Origin: an uncultured Clostridium sp.
GTDB taxonomy: Bacteria; Bacillota; Clostridia; TANB77; CAG-508
NCBI GenBank assembly: GCA_900553405.1
Contig: USDF01000001.1
Span: forward strand, 2,567-66,566
Direction of reading: 5' to 3'
Length of the DNA: 64,000 nucleotides
In this document: one piece after another, positions 61,634 to 64,000 of the stretch
How positions within the stretch are numbered: position 1 is the stretch's first letter
Layout of the letters: each line of letters begins with the position of its first letter
Program-made: the position numbers and the translations under genes
The notes under the pieces: model-generated
The model's database searches: none
What the model saw: only the letters and a program-made list of their open reading frames with translations
Told to the model about the DNA's origin: nothing

Positions 61634-62728
61634 TTAAATTTGATAATATTTAATAATTTAGATAAAACATTGAATATTAAAAATTTTGAAAAAAAGTTAG
61701 GTAGAGGGTAAGATGTTAGAACTTTCTACCTAATATTTTTGCTTTTATCATTGCACAAAATGAAACTTTTGTGCAAAAAGAGATAGGAGTAAAATATAAA
61801 ACCATACATATATGGTCTTACCCGCAAAATCTTGCAATTCCTTGCTATTACTAGTATTTAAGCTGTTTATTCTAACAACAAACTATATTACTTCCTTATA
61901 AAACTCTCTTAAATTTGATTCTGAAGCCTCATTATTTTTAATTATTCTTGGTTGGATTTTTTTTCATTATTGTAACCACATATTTTAAAAAAATTTATAT
62001 AACTTTAGATTATTTTATCAAAATTTCACAAATCCCAATATTTCAGTATTTCCCTTAATTATTCAAACAACAAGTTATATGTCTGAAAAATAAAAACGCC
62101 TTAAAATCGACTCTCATGCGTCGCTTTTTTTAGCCTTTTTCAAGCATTTTTAATAAATGCCTAAAAATCAGCATTTCTACTAAAAATTATATAATAAACA
62201 CTAGATTTATAAATTAGCATATCTAATCATAAACATATAACTTGTTTGATTAAATATAAAAATGTCTTAAAATCGATTTTGATGCGTTCAAAATATAAAA
62301 TTATATTATGAATTAATAATCTAAATTTATATAATTATTATACACAATGATTTTATAAATTTATAATAAAAAGTTTATTTAAAAACATTTTAGACAAATG
62401 TTCGTTTGAAAAATTTATATTCAAAATTAACTTTGCACAAAATTTTTGACTTGAATTTATATAAATCAAAATTTTAAATTTCTGATTATTTTAAATTCTA
62501 TTTTAATTTTTAGTTTTATTTTTATATTTCAAATTTTTATAATGATTTTTTTATTTTGTAAATACTTCTTTTTTTAGATTTTATAATTATTAAAATTTGA
62601 TATTTTTGAAATAGCCTATTTCCCTATTCCCTACTAATAAGTAGTTTTTTAATAAATGAAAAAAGTCTATTTTTATAATTTTTAATCATAAAATAAATTA
62701 GAGACCATAATCTATGACCTCCAATCTA

Positions 62729-63127
62729 TTACTGTCTTTTTTGCTGTTCTTCAATTAAAAACTTTGCATATTTTGAATCTTTTCCATAGTATTTTTCGAC
62801 TAATTGTATATGCTTGCTTTCAGAAACAGGTATTATAATTTTATTAGTTACAAATACTGTTGACCCTAAAATCAGTAAAATAATTGGTCCTATTAATAGA
62901 GAATTAAAAGCCAAGCAAATTACTAGGGCAACCAGTGGGACAAAATAAATAACTCCAATTAATGCTACCACATGCAAAGTCCGTATTGACGATATGTATG
63001 TATTTCTACAATCCAGCTTCGTTTTATTGGTAACTTTGTTTACTAATCTAATAGCTACAAAACATACAACTATCTCAATGAGATAAACAAATAAAATTGC
63101 AATAATTCCAATTAGAATATTAGACAT
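62729..63127 (-). CDS. hypothetical 3-4 TM membrane protein
   Basis: 132 aa ORF with RBS aggagg. Confidence 0.5.
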   Translation of the reverse strand: MSNILIGIIAILFVYLIEIVVCFVAIRLVNKVTNKTKLDCRNTYISSIRTLHVVALIGVIYFVPLVALVICLAFNSLLIGPIILLILGSTVFVTNKIIIPVSESKHIQLVEKYYGKDSKYAKFLIEEQQKRQ

Positions 63128-63323
63128 AAAAATTTTCCTCCTATATACATTTGTTTTATAGAATGTTTATACGTTACACTTTGTGTTGATATTATACTAT
63201 ATTTTTATGTAAAATACAAGCATTTTCCTATTCTTTACTTTTTATTGAATTTTTAATTAATATATGTTATAATTTTTATGTAACTTATAATTTCATATAT
63301 TAGAGAAAGGATATCTATTTGCT

Positions 63324-63548
63324 ATGAAAGAATCAAAAACACCACTAAGTAATACTAAAGTATATCCAATTGAAGGAAAGGTTTATCGGGCTATAATACC
63401 ATTTGATGATGGCTCCTCTTTAAATATTCTTTTTAAAGTAGAAAGTATGGGAGTTATTGAACCATGTACTTCAACAGATAAATTTATTTATTCTTCACTT
63501 TCAAAAGATATACAGCGTAGAATATATACGTTGTATTCAATTTTGTAA
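63324..63548 (+). CDS. hypothetical small protein
   Basis: 74 aa. Followed by terminator aatccttatagttt...aactataaggattt (63570-63612). Confidence 0.4.
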   Translation: MKESKTPLSNTKVYPIEGKVYRAIIPFDDGSSLNILFKVESMGVIEPCTSTDKFIYSSLSKDIQRRIYTLYSIL

Positions 63549-63631
63549 AAAGATTTATCTGTAATAAAAATCCTTATAGTTTAAATGATTATTAAAACTA
63601 TAAGGATTTTATTATTTATTTAAAATCTGTC

Positions 63632-64000
63632 TTATTTCAAAAGCCAATTGGCGATATCACAGATTTGAATTCCTTCATATTGATAATCCTCATGTTTTGT
63701 TCTAGCAATTATCATCTTAGGATATGCATCTTTAATCTGTAGTAATGGCTCTACTTCTCTTTTTAGGGTATCTTCATAGTCTATATTATCTGAAACTTGA
63801 ATATAAATTTTTTCGTTTCTTTTTAATGCTATAAAGTCTACTTCTTTATTATATAATATTCCCGTATATACTTCATATCCTCTTCTTAGTAATTCAATTG
63901 CAACAATGTTTTCATATACTCTACCATAATCTAAAGATTTTGTACCTAAACGAGCATATCTAAATGCATGATCAGATAAATAATATTTTTCGTCACTATT
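63632..64000 (-). CDS. ATPase with C-terminal DUF4143 domain (AAA-family ATP-binding protein), 5' end beyond window
   Basis: C-terminal translation ...[45 protein letters not shown]... matches the DUF4143 region of AAA_14-family ATPases. Confidence 0.6.
   Translation of the reverse strand, partial: NSDEKYYLSDHAFRYARLGTKSLDYGRVYENIVAIELLRRGYEVYTGILYNKEVDFIALKRNEKIYIQVSDNIDYEDTLKREVEPLLQIKDAYPKMIIARTKHEDYQYEGIQICDIANWLLK

Overview
This window is an AT-rich, Clostridium-like (low-GC Firmicute) chromosomal segment. The housekeeping backbone reads uvrB, uvrA, murD, secA, mutL, a sufCBD-sufS-sufU operon with a DtxR-family regulator, prfB (with its programmed +1 frameshift), yabP-yabQ-divIC and rho. 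Several accessory modules sit between these genes: (1) an Arn/Gtr-like lipid-linked aminosugar operon (GT2, GT-C, WecE/ArnB-type aminotransferase, ATP-grasp ligase, ArnE/F-like flippase pair). (2) A ~6.5 kb integrated element in the 3' end of secA, bounded by 36-bp direct repeats, carrying a truncated tyrosine integrase, a monofunctional peptidoglycan transglycosylase and a BceRS/BceAB-type two-component/ABC module. (3) Immediately downstream, a higher-GC islet encoding a divergent PurC-like/PurA-like paralog pair and a nucleotide-kinase remnant. (4) A cadC-HMA-cadA metal-resistance operon. (5) A TetR-controlled MacB/FtsX-type ABC exporter. (6) A radical-SAM/SPASM enzyme beside a membrane protein with a Cys-rich C-terminal tail. 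Other notable signals: a ~42-nt conserved hairpin repeat downstream of four unrelated genes, an aberrant tRNA-like gene, a candidate SRP RNA, and three conserved genes (cysE, secA, sufS) each broken by what looks like the same one-base C insertion before GG.
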